Source of the DNA: Dysgonamonadaceae bacterium
GTDB taxonomy: Bacteria; Bacteroidota; Bacteroidia; Bacteroidales; Dysgonomonadaceae
Assembly (NCBI GenBank): GCA_028696875.1
Contig: JAQVGF010000002.1
Coordinates: 1-44,265, forward strand
Length of the DNA: 44,265 nt
Direction: 5' to 3'
A model generated the notes under the pieces. That model was not told the DNA's origin. It worked only from the letters and a program-made list of their open reading frames with translations, and ran no database searches. How positions within the stretch are numbered: position 1 is the first letter of the stretch; each line of letters opens with the position of its first letter. The translations under genes and the position numbers were made by a program. Positions 37,169 to 44,265 of the stretch are shown here, piece after piece.

Positions 37169-37570
37169 ATGAAATCAGTAATTTTTGAATACGAAATGAA
37201 AGTGCGTGACTATGAATGTGATGTTCAGGGTCACGTAAACAATGCAAACTATCAGCACTATTTTGAAGTAACTCGCCACGAGTTTTTAGAACAAGAGGGA
37301 CTCAACTTTTTCGAACTGCACAAAAATGGAGTAGATGCCGTTGTTTCGCGTGTTGAGATCAGATACAAAGTTCCTTTAATTGGCATGGATAAATTTAAAT
37401 GTACCATTGCTCTTGAAAAGAAAGGACTTATCTACATTTTTCATCAAAACATTATTCGATTGTCCGACGAGAAATTGTGTGCTAAAGGAAAAGTTGAAGT
37501 TGTTTGCCTAATAGATGGAAAATTGTCACAACCTACTATTTTTGATGAGGCGTTTAAAGCGTATATTTAA
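37169..37570 (+). CDS. Acyl-CoA thioesterase, YbgC/FadM (4HBT hot-dog) family
   Basis: VRDYECDVQGHVNNANYQHYFEVTRHEFL carries the catalytic Asp and the hot-dog N-terminal motif (D.D..GHV.N..Y..Y.E.AR). 133 aa. Confidence 0.8.
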   Translation: MKSVIFEYEMKVRDYECDVQGHVNNANYQHYFEVTRHEFLEQEGLNFFELHKNGVDAVVSRVEIRYKVPLIGMDKFKCTIALEKKGLIYIFHQNIIRLSDEKLCAKGKVEVVCLIDGKLSQPTIFDEAFKAYI

Positions 37571-37619
37571 TTAAGAGTTAAGAGTGAAAAATTAAAAATT
37601 AAAAATTAAAAGTGAAGCG
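37571..37619. repeat. Tandem heptamer array (TTAAGAG x2, TGAAAAA, TTAAAAA x2, TTAAAAG, TGAAGCG) starting directly after the thioesterase stop
   Basis: Read directly. The array starts at the nucleotide after TAA (37568-70). Confidence 0.85.
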
Positions 37620-38040
37620 TTGGGAATGTGTTAGTTGTAAGACGTGAGAGGTTAAATATTGCACCATTGTAGTATCCTATCCTAATTCCGATTATCGATT
37701 CCCAATTTCCGATTTCCAAACTCTATTTCCTTTTGCATCCAAAAAAACCTTACTTGAATTCCTGGTTAAACCTTAGTAACCGTCGAATCTACTCCTAACA
37801 CAACCTTATTACCTTATTAAAGCGGAGAGTGAAGAGAAAAATTAAAAATTAAAAGTGAGCGTTGGGAATGTGTTAGTTGTAAGACGTGAGAGGTTAAATA
37901 TTGAACCATTGTTGTATCCTAATACCGGTTTTCTTTTACATTCAAAAAACCTTATTTGAATTTGTATTTAAATCTTCTATATAACTAAATATAACTCACT
38001 ATGCATCAGGGTTATACATTCACAAGTTATTAGTTTTAAT
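37586..38040 (+). repeat. ~250-bp tandem duplication (unit 1 is 37586-37835, unit 2 is 37836-~38040)
   Basis: 37586-37678 and 37836-37920 are near-identical apart from one heptamer, a 1-nt indel and 2 substitutions. Similarity continues through CTTTTRCATYCAAAAAAACCTTAYTTGAATT and the module P tail. Unit 2 lacks the pyrimidine heptamer block at 37680-37728. Confidence 0.8.
37744..37818 (+). repeat. Module P dispersed element, copy B
   Basis: AAAACCTTACTTGAATTCC..AAACCTTAGTAACCGTCGAATCTACTCCTAACACAACCTTATTACCTTATTA. Confidence 0.6.
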
Positions 38041-38247
38041 GTTCGATTGAAAATCGTGGGGAACTTATTAAACGAAGTCACAAATCCCACTTACAACTTA
38101 TTACTGTACCTAATCTCCCACGACCAAACAAGCCATAATCTAATTTCGAAATCCAATCAAAAAATCCAAAAAAAATCGTCATTTCAATTCTCAACTTTCA
38201 ATTTTCCATTATTTAATGTTTTGTCCTGAGAAGAATAAAATCACTCC

Positions 38248-39894
38248 TTACTCCTCCAGCATCCAATACAACGGCTTTCCTGTAGTTCCATTGGGAAATG
38301 AAATATCAAGCATGTTTGCAATTGTGGGTGCAATATCTACGATCTCGCTTCTGCGTGCTGTATTTCCTTTTCTCACTCCTTTACCATAAAAAAGCATTGG
38401 TACGTGTGTGTCATAAACATATGCACTTCCATGTGTACTTCCTGTGCGCGAATAAGAAATAACAGCCGGTTCTAAAATGTAAATTAGATCGCCGCTGCGT
38501 TTGTGGTTAAAACCATTTTTAATCATCTCTTCCACTCCTTTCGTAAATGCACCTTTCACAATCTGATCGCGGGTATATACACGGTGAATTTTATCTTGTG
38601 CCAATATGAAAGCAGCTAACTTTCCCTCAAGTTCTGCAGCCTCAATTTTCTTTTCATTCAAAAGTTGATAGTTGAAAAATACTTGATTGTTAGATATGTT
38701 TTGAACCAGATTTTCGTCTCCATATTCTTTTCCTACAAAATCTTCAACTTTGGTTTTAAAATCTTTACTGTCAAAATAGCCTGCCGGTATTTTCACTGAC
38801 TCCAGATAAGCGGGAACTTCTACTCCGGCATGATCGGCTGTTAGAAAAACAATATATTGGTCTTTGCCTACTTTTTCATCCAAAAAACGCAGGAAATCTG
38901 CTATGTTTTTGTCTAATCGTAGATAAGTATCTTGAATCTCCTTGGAGTTTACTCCAAAATTATGTCCAACATAATCAGTGCTGGAGTAGCTCAAAGTTAG
39001 AAAGTCGGTATCCGTTCCTTGTCCCAATTTCTCTCCATTAATTGCCGCCATGGCAAAGTCTGTTGTTAAATCATTACCATACGCCACAGCTTTTAGAAGT
39101 TCAAAATTGCCATTATCAGCTTTCAATTTTTGCAAATCGTATGGGAATGTAGCTGATTCCTTACCTTTAAATCCACCTTCAAAATTGTTTTGATCCGATC
39201 CGCTTTCTACATACGTCTCTATTGGATATAGCGTATCCCACGTTTTAAAATAAGAAGCAGCCTTTCCGGAATTATTAAACGTTACAACCCAGTTGGGCAA
39301 AGCATTCATATAGAAACTACTGCTGATCCAGCGTCCTTCATCTTTTCCATGAAACCAGTAAGCTGCATTTGCAGTATGCCCGGCCGGAAGAATTGCTCCA
39401 CGATCTTTGAGCGCAATTCCTATTGTTTTCCCGCGCATCTGAGTTGCCAATCTATTCTCATCGGCGATTGAGGTTACTATCATTCTGTGTGGCGACATTT
39501 TGCCGGCTTCATCGGTTGTTCCAACCGATTCTATTTCCGGATCCCCGGCACAATAAACTGATTCTCCGGTGGTTTTATCAAACCAATTGTTACCGATAAT
39601 TCCATGATTCATCGGACTGGTGCCTGAAAAAATGGAAGCATGTCCCGGTCCGGTATAAGTCGGGACATAATTAAAATGTCCGTTTTTGAAGCGATATCCT
39701 TCATTAACCAATCGTTTAAACCCATCTTCGCTGTATCTATCCCAAAAGCGATCGATATAATCGTTCCGCATTTGATCTACCACAATTCCGACTACCAATT
39801 TGGCTTTTTCTTTTTGCGGAGTTTGCGAAAAGCCCGAAAAATTTAATAATCCTATAATCAAAAGTAAACTAAAAAGTCTCATAATAAAAAACAT
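38248..39894 (-). CDS. Alkaline phosphatase / nucleotide pyrophosphatase family enzyme (PafA-like)
   Basis: VVGIVVDQMRNDY and TYTGPGHASIFSGTSPMNHGIIGNNW carry the nucleophile Thr region. DHAG and GSTHGS are metal-ligand blocks. I chose the start MFFIMRLFSLLLIIGLLNFSGFSQ (signal peptide) at 39894. The track start at 39978 would place a -7 box and a homopolymer inside the ORF. Confidence 0.8.
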   Translation of the reverse strand: MFFIMRLFSLLLIIGLLNFSGFSQTPQKEKAKLVVGIVVDQMRNDYIDRFWDRYSEDGFKRLVNEGYRFKNGHFNYVPTYTGPGHASIFSGTSPMNHGIIGNNWFDKTTGESVYCAGDPEIESVGTTDEAGKMSPHRMIVTSIADENRLATQMRGKTIGIALKDRGAILPAGHTANAAYWFHGKDEGRWISSSFYMNALPNWVVTFNNSGKAASYFKTWDTLYPIETYVESGSDQNNFEGGFKGKESATFPYDLQKLKADNGNFELLKAVAYGNDLTTDFAMAAINGEKLGQGTDTDFLTLSYSSTDYVGHNFGVNSKEIQDTYLRLDKNIADFLRFLDEKVGKDQYIVFLTADHAGVEVPAYLESVKIPAGYFDSKDFKTKVEDFVGKEYGDENLVQNISNNQVFFNYQLLNEKKIEAAELEGKLAAFILAQDKIHRVYTRDQIVKGAFTKGVEEMIKNGFNHKRSGDLIYILEPAVISYSRTGSTHGSAYVYDTHVPMLFYGKGVRKGNTARRSEIVDIAPTIANMLDISFPNGTTGKPLYWMLEE

Positions 39895-39959
39895 GTTAAA
39901 TGACGATTTTCTTTTTTTTTTGCTAACTAAAAGATAACGCTGTGGAAATAGTTTTAGTT

Positions 39960-39967
39960 CAAAACTA
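39960..39967 (-). promoter_or_regulatory. -7 box (TAGTTTTG on the minus strand) for the PafA-like gene
   Basis: The plus strand reads CAAAACTA, 66 nt upstream of the start at 39894. Confidence 0.3.
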
Positions 39968-40052
39968 TTTATTTCCACTTATAGTAATTCATAGTAATAA
40001 TTATCTATAGGTTATAATTATCTGCAGGTTATGTTTTAATGGCAAACCTTTG

Positions 40053-40060
40053 TATATTTG
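40053..40060 (+). promoter_or_regulatory. -7 box TATATTTG for dprA
   Basis: Matches TAnnTTTG, 69 nt upstream of the ATG at 40129. Confidence 0.35.
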
Positions 40061-40128
40061 TGGGTAATAAATGATTTATTTGAAGTCATTCACGCATATA
40101 TTTGACGATGTAACTTAATGAGAAAGCC

Positions 40129-41244
40129 ATGTCAACAATTATTACTGAAAAAACACTTTATCAAATTGCTTTAACAAATATTTCGGGTGTGGGTGTTGCA
40201 CTTGCACGTAACTTAATGCAGATGGTAGGTGACGAAGAGCAGATATTTAAAGAATCTGCGCGTAATTTGCAAAAAATACCCGGAATTTCTATACGTTTGG
40301 TTAGTGAGATAAGAAACAGAGAAGTGCTCAGAAAAGCGGAAGAGGAGCTTAAATTTATATCGAAAAACAACTTGCAACTACTTTTTTTTACTTCACCTAA
40401 TTATCCCGAACGATTGACTCATTGCATTGATGCACCCATTTTACTTTATCTGAAAGGAGATAGCAATCTAAACTACAAAAGGGTAATAAGCATAGTTGGA
40501 ACGCGCAATGCAACCCGTCAAGGCGTGGAGGCATGCAATCAATTTGTGAAAGATCTTTCCGCAAAGTTTTCAGATTTACTTATTGTGAGCGGATTGGCAT
40601 ATGGCATTGATATATGTGCTCATCGCGCAGCACTCGAAAATGGAGTGCCAACAGTGGCAGTGTTGGCTCACGGTTTGGACAAAATATATCCATCTATTCA
40701 TCGGAAAACTGCCATAGAAATGTTAGATAAGGGAGCTCTTGTTACCGAATTTCCAAGTAAAACCGATCCCGAACGGTTTAATTTTGTAAGACGAAACCGC
40801 ATTGTGGCGGGTTTGGCAGATGCCGTAGTAGTGATTGAGTCGGGAGAGAAAGGCGGGTCACTTATTACTGCCGAAATTGCTAATTCCTATTACCGTGAAG
40901 TGTTTGCCTTGCCCGGCAGGGTAACGGACCCTTTTTCGATTGGTTGCAACCGACTTATTTCAACAAACCGTGCAATACTTCTGCAAGATGTGGATGGATT
41001 TGTAAATCACATGGGGTGGGATACATCGGCGAAGCCACAACCGAAACAAAAAGAGCTGTTTTTGCAACTCACTGAAACAGAAGAGAAAGTGTTTAATGCG
41101 TTAAATAACACAGAATCTATCCATGTGAATATGCTTGCTATCGAGTTAAATATTCCGGTCTCGGAACTGTTCTTTACGTTGCTTGAATTGGAGATGAAAA
41201 ATGTTGTGAAGCCTCTTCCGGGAGGAGTTTATAAATTGCTGTGA
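40129..41244 (+). CDS. dprA: DNA-processing protein A (DNA protecting protein)
   Basis: N-terminal SAM-like domain, then a Rossmann DprA domain (IVGTRNAT..G, VSGLAYGIDICAHRAAL, FVRRNRIVAGLADAVVVIES..KGGSLITA), then a C-terminal winged-helix tail. Confidence 0.9.
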   Translation: MSTIITEKTLYQIALTNISGVGVALARNLMQMVGDEEQIFKESARNLQKIPGISIRLVSEIRNREVLRKAEEELKFISKNNLQLLFFTSPNYPERLTHCIDAPILLYLKGDSNLNYKRVISIVGTRNATRQGVEACNQFVKDLSAKFSDLLIVSGLAYGIDICAHRAALENGVPTVAVLAHGLDKIYPSIHRKTAIEMLDKGALVTEFPSKTDPERFNFVRRNRIVAGLADAVVVIESGEKGGSLITAEIANSYYREVFALPGRVTDPFSIGCNRLISTNRAILLQDVDGFVNHMGWDTSAKPQPKQKELFLQLTETEEKVFNALNNTESIHVNMLAIELNIPVSELFFTLLELEMKNVVKPLPGGVYKLL

Positions 41245-41501
41245 TATAACAAAAGGAAATTCTTAAGCAAGTCCTTTCCTTAATAACATTGTGTGAGTGA
41301 GGGAGTTGTGTGCTATATACTTCGTAATTCCGCGGCTTTGGGAGAGAACAATTGACTTTCTCTGTAAATTTAGAGCAGAATTTTCTGACTAAATAATCTT
41401 TTTAATGATAATTCTTTCCTAACTTTGTTAATTCTTTAAATCTAACATTTTCTAAAAACAATAAATGTCATATTAATGATAACCGCTTAAAAAAAACAAT
41501 A

Positions 41502-41759
41502 ATGGTTGTTCTATTTTTCTGCATTAGTTCACAGATGCTTTTTGCTCAGCAAAAATTGGTCCAAAGACCATCTATGGGATTTATGACTTGGAGTTATTTT
41601 GGTTTAAACAACTCAGAAAATGATATCAAAACATTAACGAATGCAAGTTTCACTACACAAAACCAAACTCTTGAGGATGTAGAAATAAAATATGGAAGGA
41701 ATTTTTATTTAACAATTAGTCCTTTTACATCTTACAAAAAAACATTATCTTACCCTTAA
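41502..41759 (+). pseudogene. Possible remnant of a GH27-like alpha-galactosidase N-terminus (85-aa ORF)
   Basis: A signal-like N-terminus is followed by RPSMGFMTWSYFGLN, which resembles the GH27 opening motif PPMGWNSW..F.CN. The ORF stops after 85 aa with no catalytic domain. Confidence 0.25.
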
Positions 41760-41772
41760 ATATATTATACTT

Positions 41773-42099
41773 ATGAAATTTTCCTACGGAGACAATTATA
41801 TCATCAGAAAAGAGAACTATGTAACCGGTTACAAAGCAAATGGCAGGTTGACAATCTATACAATTATTGCTATTGTTTATGCCATCATAGAATGGCAAGT
41901 GAGAGTTAGAAATCCGGAAAGTGAATGGGTTTTATATGTGGGAATAGCAATTTCAGGCGCTTTATCTGCACTTTTGATTGTGCTTTTTATTAGAAAAATG
42001 CTTCGAAACAGAGTTTTTGATATTGGTATTCTTGTTGTTGCATTATTTAGCTTGTACCTATTTATAAATAATTTAGTGATATTCTTTGCTAAATTTTAA
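41773..42099 (+). CDS. Hypothetical small membrane protein (108 aa, 3 predicted TM helices)
   Basis: The evidence is an ORF with hydrophobic segments only. No family was recognised. The region is low-GC. Confidence 0.35.
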   Translation: MKFSYGDNYIIRKENYVTGYKANGRLTIYTIIAIVYAIIEWQVRVRNPESEWVLYVGIAISGALSALLIVLFIRKMLRNRVFDIGILVVALFSLYLFINNLVIFFAKF

Positions 42100-42340
42100 A
42101 ATGCCAAAGGAATGATAAAGAGTTCAAAACTATCATGGAGTATAATATAGATTGTTTAATAGATTTTTCAAAACTTTTGAGAAAACAAACAAGAGGAAGA
42201 TAATAAGGAGCAGAAACAAAAAAGCAAGAAATTTAAAGAGAAAGGTTCTGCATACAATTAAATATTGGTAAACTGCCAGTATTTGTTTGATTTATAGCTG
42301 CTTCTCTGTTTCTTTGACTGTGGTTCAAAAATAGTGTTTT

Positions 42341-42613
42341 TTATTTAAATAGTTCAGAATGGCTTCCTAATCTTGTGAGTTTGATAATATCCTTGTTTTC
42401 ATCAATCCAAATAAGCAAAAGATCACCCTCGATATGACATTCCATATATCCCTTAAATTGCCCTACTAATAAATGAGGTTTGTATTCGGGAGGAACTATT
42501 CCGTCTTCTTTTAGCAATTCGAGAACTGTTTTTAATTTTTCAATCTTTTTAGGATTGTGTTGTATGCGTTTAAGGTCTTTCTTGAATTGGCTTGACTGCT
42601 TTACTGTTTTCAT
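42341..42613 (-). CDS. yafQ: Type II toxin, YafQ family mRNA interferase (RelE/ParE superfamily)
   Basis: SSQFKKDLKR, then YKPHLLVGQFKGYMECHIEGDLLLIW, then a C-terminal RLGSHSELF (the YafQ-type catalytic His and terminal Phe). 90 aa. Confidence 0.8.
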   Translation of the reverse strand: MKTVKQSSQFKKDLKRIQHNPKKIEKLKTVLELLKEDGIVPPEYKPHLLVGQFKGYMECHIEGDLLLIWIDENKDIIKLTRLGSHSELFK

Positions 42614-42858
42614 AAAGATGCCACGTAATTATCGAAATTGTCCAAATCTAACGTTTCCAACTCTTTGCTGCTTTCAACTTCTCTCATTGCAGCTAATGTT
42701 TTCTCATTGGGTTCTCTGTAAAGAGCATCAAGGAGCAATGTTTCTACATAATTATTTACGCTTCTATTTTCTTTAGCAGCATTCTTTTTTAGTTTATCCA
42801 ACAAGTCTTTTCTAAGTCGAAAAGCAGTTTGTTTTCTTTCTGTTATTTCAGTTTTCAT
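42610..42858 (-). CDS. Ribbon-helix-helix antitoxin (DinJ/RelB/CopG-like) of the YafQ toxin
   Basis: 82 aa. TAFRLRKDLLDKLKKNAAKENRSVNNYVETLL is an RHH beta-strand plus helices. Its stop overlaps the toxin start by 4 nt. Confidence 0.7.
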   Translation of the reverse strand: MKTEITERKQTAFRLRKDLLDKLKKNAAKENRSVNNYVETLLLDALYREPNEKTLAAMREVESSKELETLDLDNFDNYVASL

Positions 42859-42895
42859 AATAATATTTGTTATATATATGTTATCTAATATATAG

Positions 42896-42903
42896 CAAAT
42901 GTA
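42896..42903 (-). promoter_or_regulatory. -7 box (TACATTTG on the minus strand) for the antitoxin-toxin operon
   Basis: The plus strand reads CAAATGTA, 38 nt upstream of the start at 42858. Confidence 0.35.
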
Positions 42904-42935
42904 CTTATAATTTATTTCTTAACAAAACTTTCTGA

Positions 42936-42980
42936 GCTTATTAATCGTCGGATAACCTATCCAAACCTTATTACCTTATC
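42936..42980 (+). repeat. Module P dispersed element, copy C (3' two-thirds)
   Basis: GCTTATTAATCGTCGGATAACCTATCCAAACCTTATTACCTTATC. Confidence 0.55.
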
Positions 42981-43053
42981 TATCTCTTTTTGGAGGCTAA
43001 TTAAATGATTACAAGAAAGCTACTATTTTTCGAGAAATTGATAAGTAAGATTA

Positions 43054-43857
43054 TTATCGAAAATAGTTCCCATAAAAAGGATTAATCCTTCTATTTCGAT
43101 ACGCGTGTGCAAAAGTTGAAATGAGGATGATTACGGCTCCAACAATAGCAGTGATGGCTATAGATTCATAATCAAACCGATGTCTTACATAAATAGCAAC
43201 CAATGCCCATGCTCCCACAACGGCAAATTCCCGCATTCCGCGTGTGAATATCAAAACAATATTCAAAAGAGTGACTACAACGATTAGTGAAATTGTCCAT
43301 GCAACCGGAGATAAGAAGCCTCCATCCCAACCAATTTTAGACAAATAGGATGCAATGTTAGCTATTGTGGCTACAGAGATCCAACCTGCATAAATTGAAA
43401 TGGGCCACCAACCAAACATAATTGTTTTTGCCGGTGCCTGCCAACGCTCCATATTGGTATTGATCACAATTTTCAGAAGTGAAAAAAGAATCACCAGCAT
43501 TACCACTACCGATAGCAATGTGTAATCATACAACCACGCTACAATCCACAATCCATTTGCAACATTGGCAAGAGCAAACCACCCGCCTGTTTGAGTGATA
43601 AAATCGAAAGTTCGCTTACGAACAAGTGTTCGATCAATTTGATATAGTGCAAAGATGAAGATGGCAATAAATATAACACCCCATATTGCGAAAGCATAAC
43701 CCGCCGGTGTAAACAGATTGGAATACTTCTCACTCATATCGCTCACGCGATTGCCATTGATGGTATACAGTTGCGAGTAATAATTGATGCCGATGGCAAA
43801 TAGCACCGACAAAAGGTTAATGATGGAAAGAGTTTGTTGTTTTTTTAATTGTTGCAT
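43054..43857 (-). CDS. TspO/MBR-related tryptophan-rich membrane protein (long ~265-aa Bacteroidota form)
   Basis: KYSNLFTPAGYAFAIWGVIFIAIF matches my recollection of the Y.NLFTPAGYAFSIWG.IY motif in proteins annotated as tryptophan-rich sensory protein. It is multi-TM and Trp-rich. Confidence 0.5.
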   Translation of the reverse strand: MQQLKKQQTLSIINLLSVLFAIGINYYSQLYTINGNRVSDMSEKYSNLFTPAGYAFAIWGVIFIAIFIFALYQIDRTLVRKRTFDFITQTGGWFALANVANGLWIVAWLYDYTLLSVVVMLVILFSLLKIVINTNMERWQAPAKTIMFGWWPISIYAGWISVATIANIASYLSKIGWDGGFLSPVAWTISLIVVVTLLNIVLIFTRGMREFAVVGAWALVAIYVRHRFDYESIAITAIVGAVIILISTFAHAYRNRRINPFYGNYFR

Positions 43858-44043
43858 GAGGTTTACGCGGATTTAGTCCTTTCTTTTGGAACGTTTTTTG
43901 AGTACGAGTAATTTACAGAATAATCAAAGTTGTTGAGTATCATACGAAGATTAAAGTATGCTACAGTTATTGATACTCTGCAGAAATTGTTCGTCTAAAA
44001 CATATTAAAGGCGAAAATTAAATTTACGCCAAAACTAAAAATA

Positions 44044-44265
44044 TCAATATTTAATTTTAGCTTCATCCACAACCCTCTTCAAAGCTATCTTTCCCGAAAA
44101 CGGGATATTTTCGATACGCATGTTCTTTTTAATTTCAGCATGAGAGAAATTTTCATACAATTGTCCAATAGCATATTGTAGGAAATCCTCCGAGAGTATT
44201 TCCATATTATCAAAGGAGAGAATTACTTTTTTGTTTTCAAAAAAAGCCTTCAGTATAAGTTCATA
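44044..44265 (-). CDS. STAS-like domain protein (DUF4325-like), C-terminal 73 aa (start lies outside the window)
   Basis: The minus-strand frame is open from the window edge to TGA (44044-46). The translation is YELILKAFFENKKVILSFDNMEILSEDFLQYAIGQLYENFSHAEIKKNMRIENIPFSGKIALKRVVDEAK. The pattern v.L.F..v...s.sFl..aig.L is what I associate with DUF4325. It is not in the ORF track because it has no in-window Met. Confidence 0.45.
   Translation of the reverse strand, partial: YELILKAFFENKKVILSFDNMEILSEDFLQYAIGQLYENFSHAEIKKNMRIENIPFSGKIALKRVVDEAKIKY

Noticed and set aside
37571-38110. A CRISPR array, because of repeated blocks separated by unique sequence
   Set aside because: There are only two good copies. 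The repeat is 85-93 nt with a 250-bp period, far outside CRISPR repeat and spacer sizes. There are no cas genes. The intervening sequence is itself repeated elsewhere.
38047-38229. A 60-aa plus-strand ORF in the long convergent spacer
   Set aside because: It is composed of degenerate module P and heptamer repeats. It is low-complexity with no promoter box, so it is most likely non-coding.
39895-39978. The N-terminal 28-aa extension of the PafA-like phosphatase
   Set aside because: It would bury the signal peptide internally, and it contains the A10 tract and the -7 box. The Met at 39894 gives a normal secretory N-terminus.
1-44265. tRNA, rRNA, tmRNA, RNase P, transposase, integrase or phage genes
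   Set aside because: Reading every spacer longer than 100 bp showed no cloverleaf-like GC-rich segments. No ORF has recombinase, transposase or phage hallmark motifs. This is a by-eye scan, so a small ncRNA could have been missed.

Overview
The window is a 44.3-kb AT-rich (my estimate is mid-30s % GC) chromosomal segment that looks like Bacteroidota. Supporting signs are TAnnTTTG-type -7 boxes, AQ-type signal peptides, a class-II archaeal-type ProS, a single-chain PurL, PafA-like phosphatase, and TPR/OMP pairs. Most of it is tightly packed housekeeping: purL, proS, gdhA, menA, trmB, mrp/apbC, dprA, nif3 plus its zinc-ribbon partner, and the 3' end of an NDH-2 gene. Transport modules are a TetR-linked OMP/ABC-ATPase/3x FtsX-permease/LolA-like operon, an asymmetric heterodimeric ABC exporter, a LysE translocator and a Pmp3 proteolipid. 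I saw no rRNA, tRNA, CRISPR, transposase, integrase or recognisable defence island. The accessory-looking parts come first. (1) A monocistronic eRF1/Pelota-like (baeRF-like) gene sits between two long non-coding spacers that carry a diverged direct repeat. (2) A small low-GC islet after dprA holds a YafQ-type toxin/RHH antitoxin pair and orphan ORFs. (3) A truncated STAS-like (DUF4325-like) gene lies at the right edge. The intergenic DNA is unusual. Heptanucleotide tandem arrays sit on or next to stop codons at several loci. A dispersed ~80-nt element ends in an invariant CTTATTACCTTAT. A GC-rich palindromic CGCTGGCGC family lies at gene 3' ends. A 677-bp convergent spacer is built from a ~250-bp tandem duplication of these modules. 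All protein calls rest on motif recognition from memory, not on searches.
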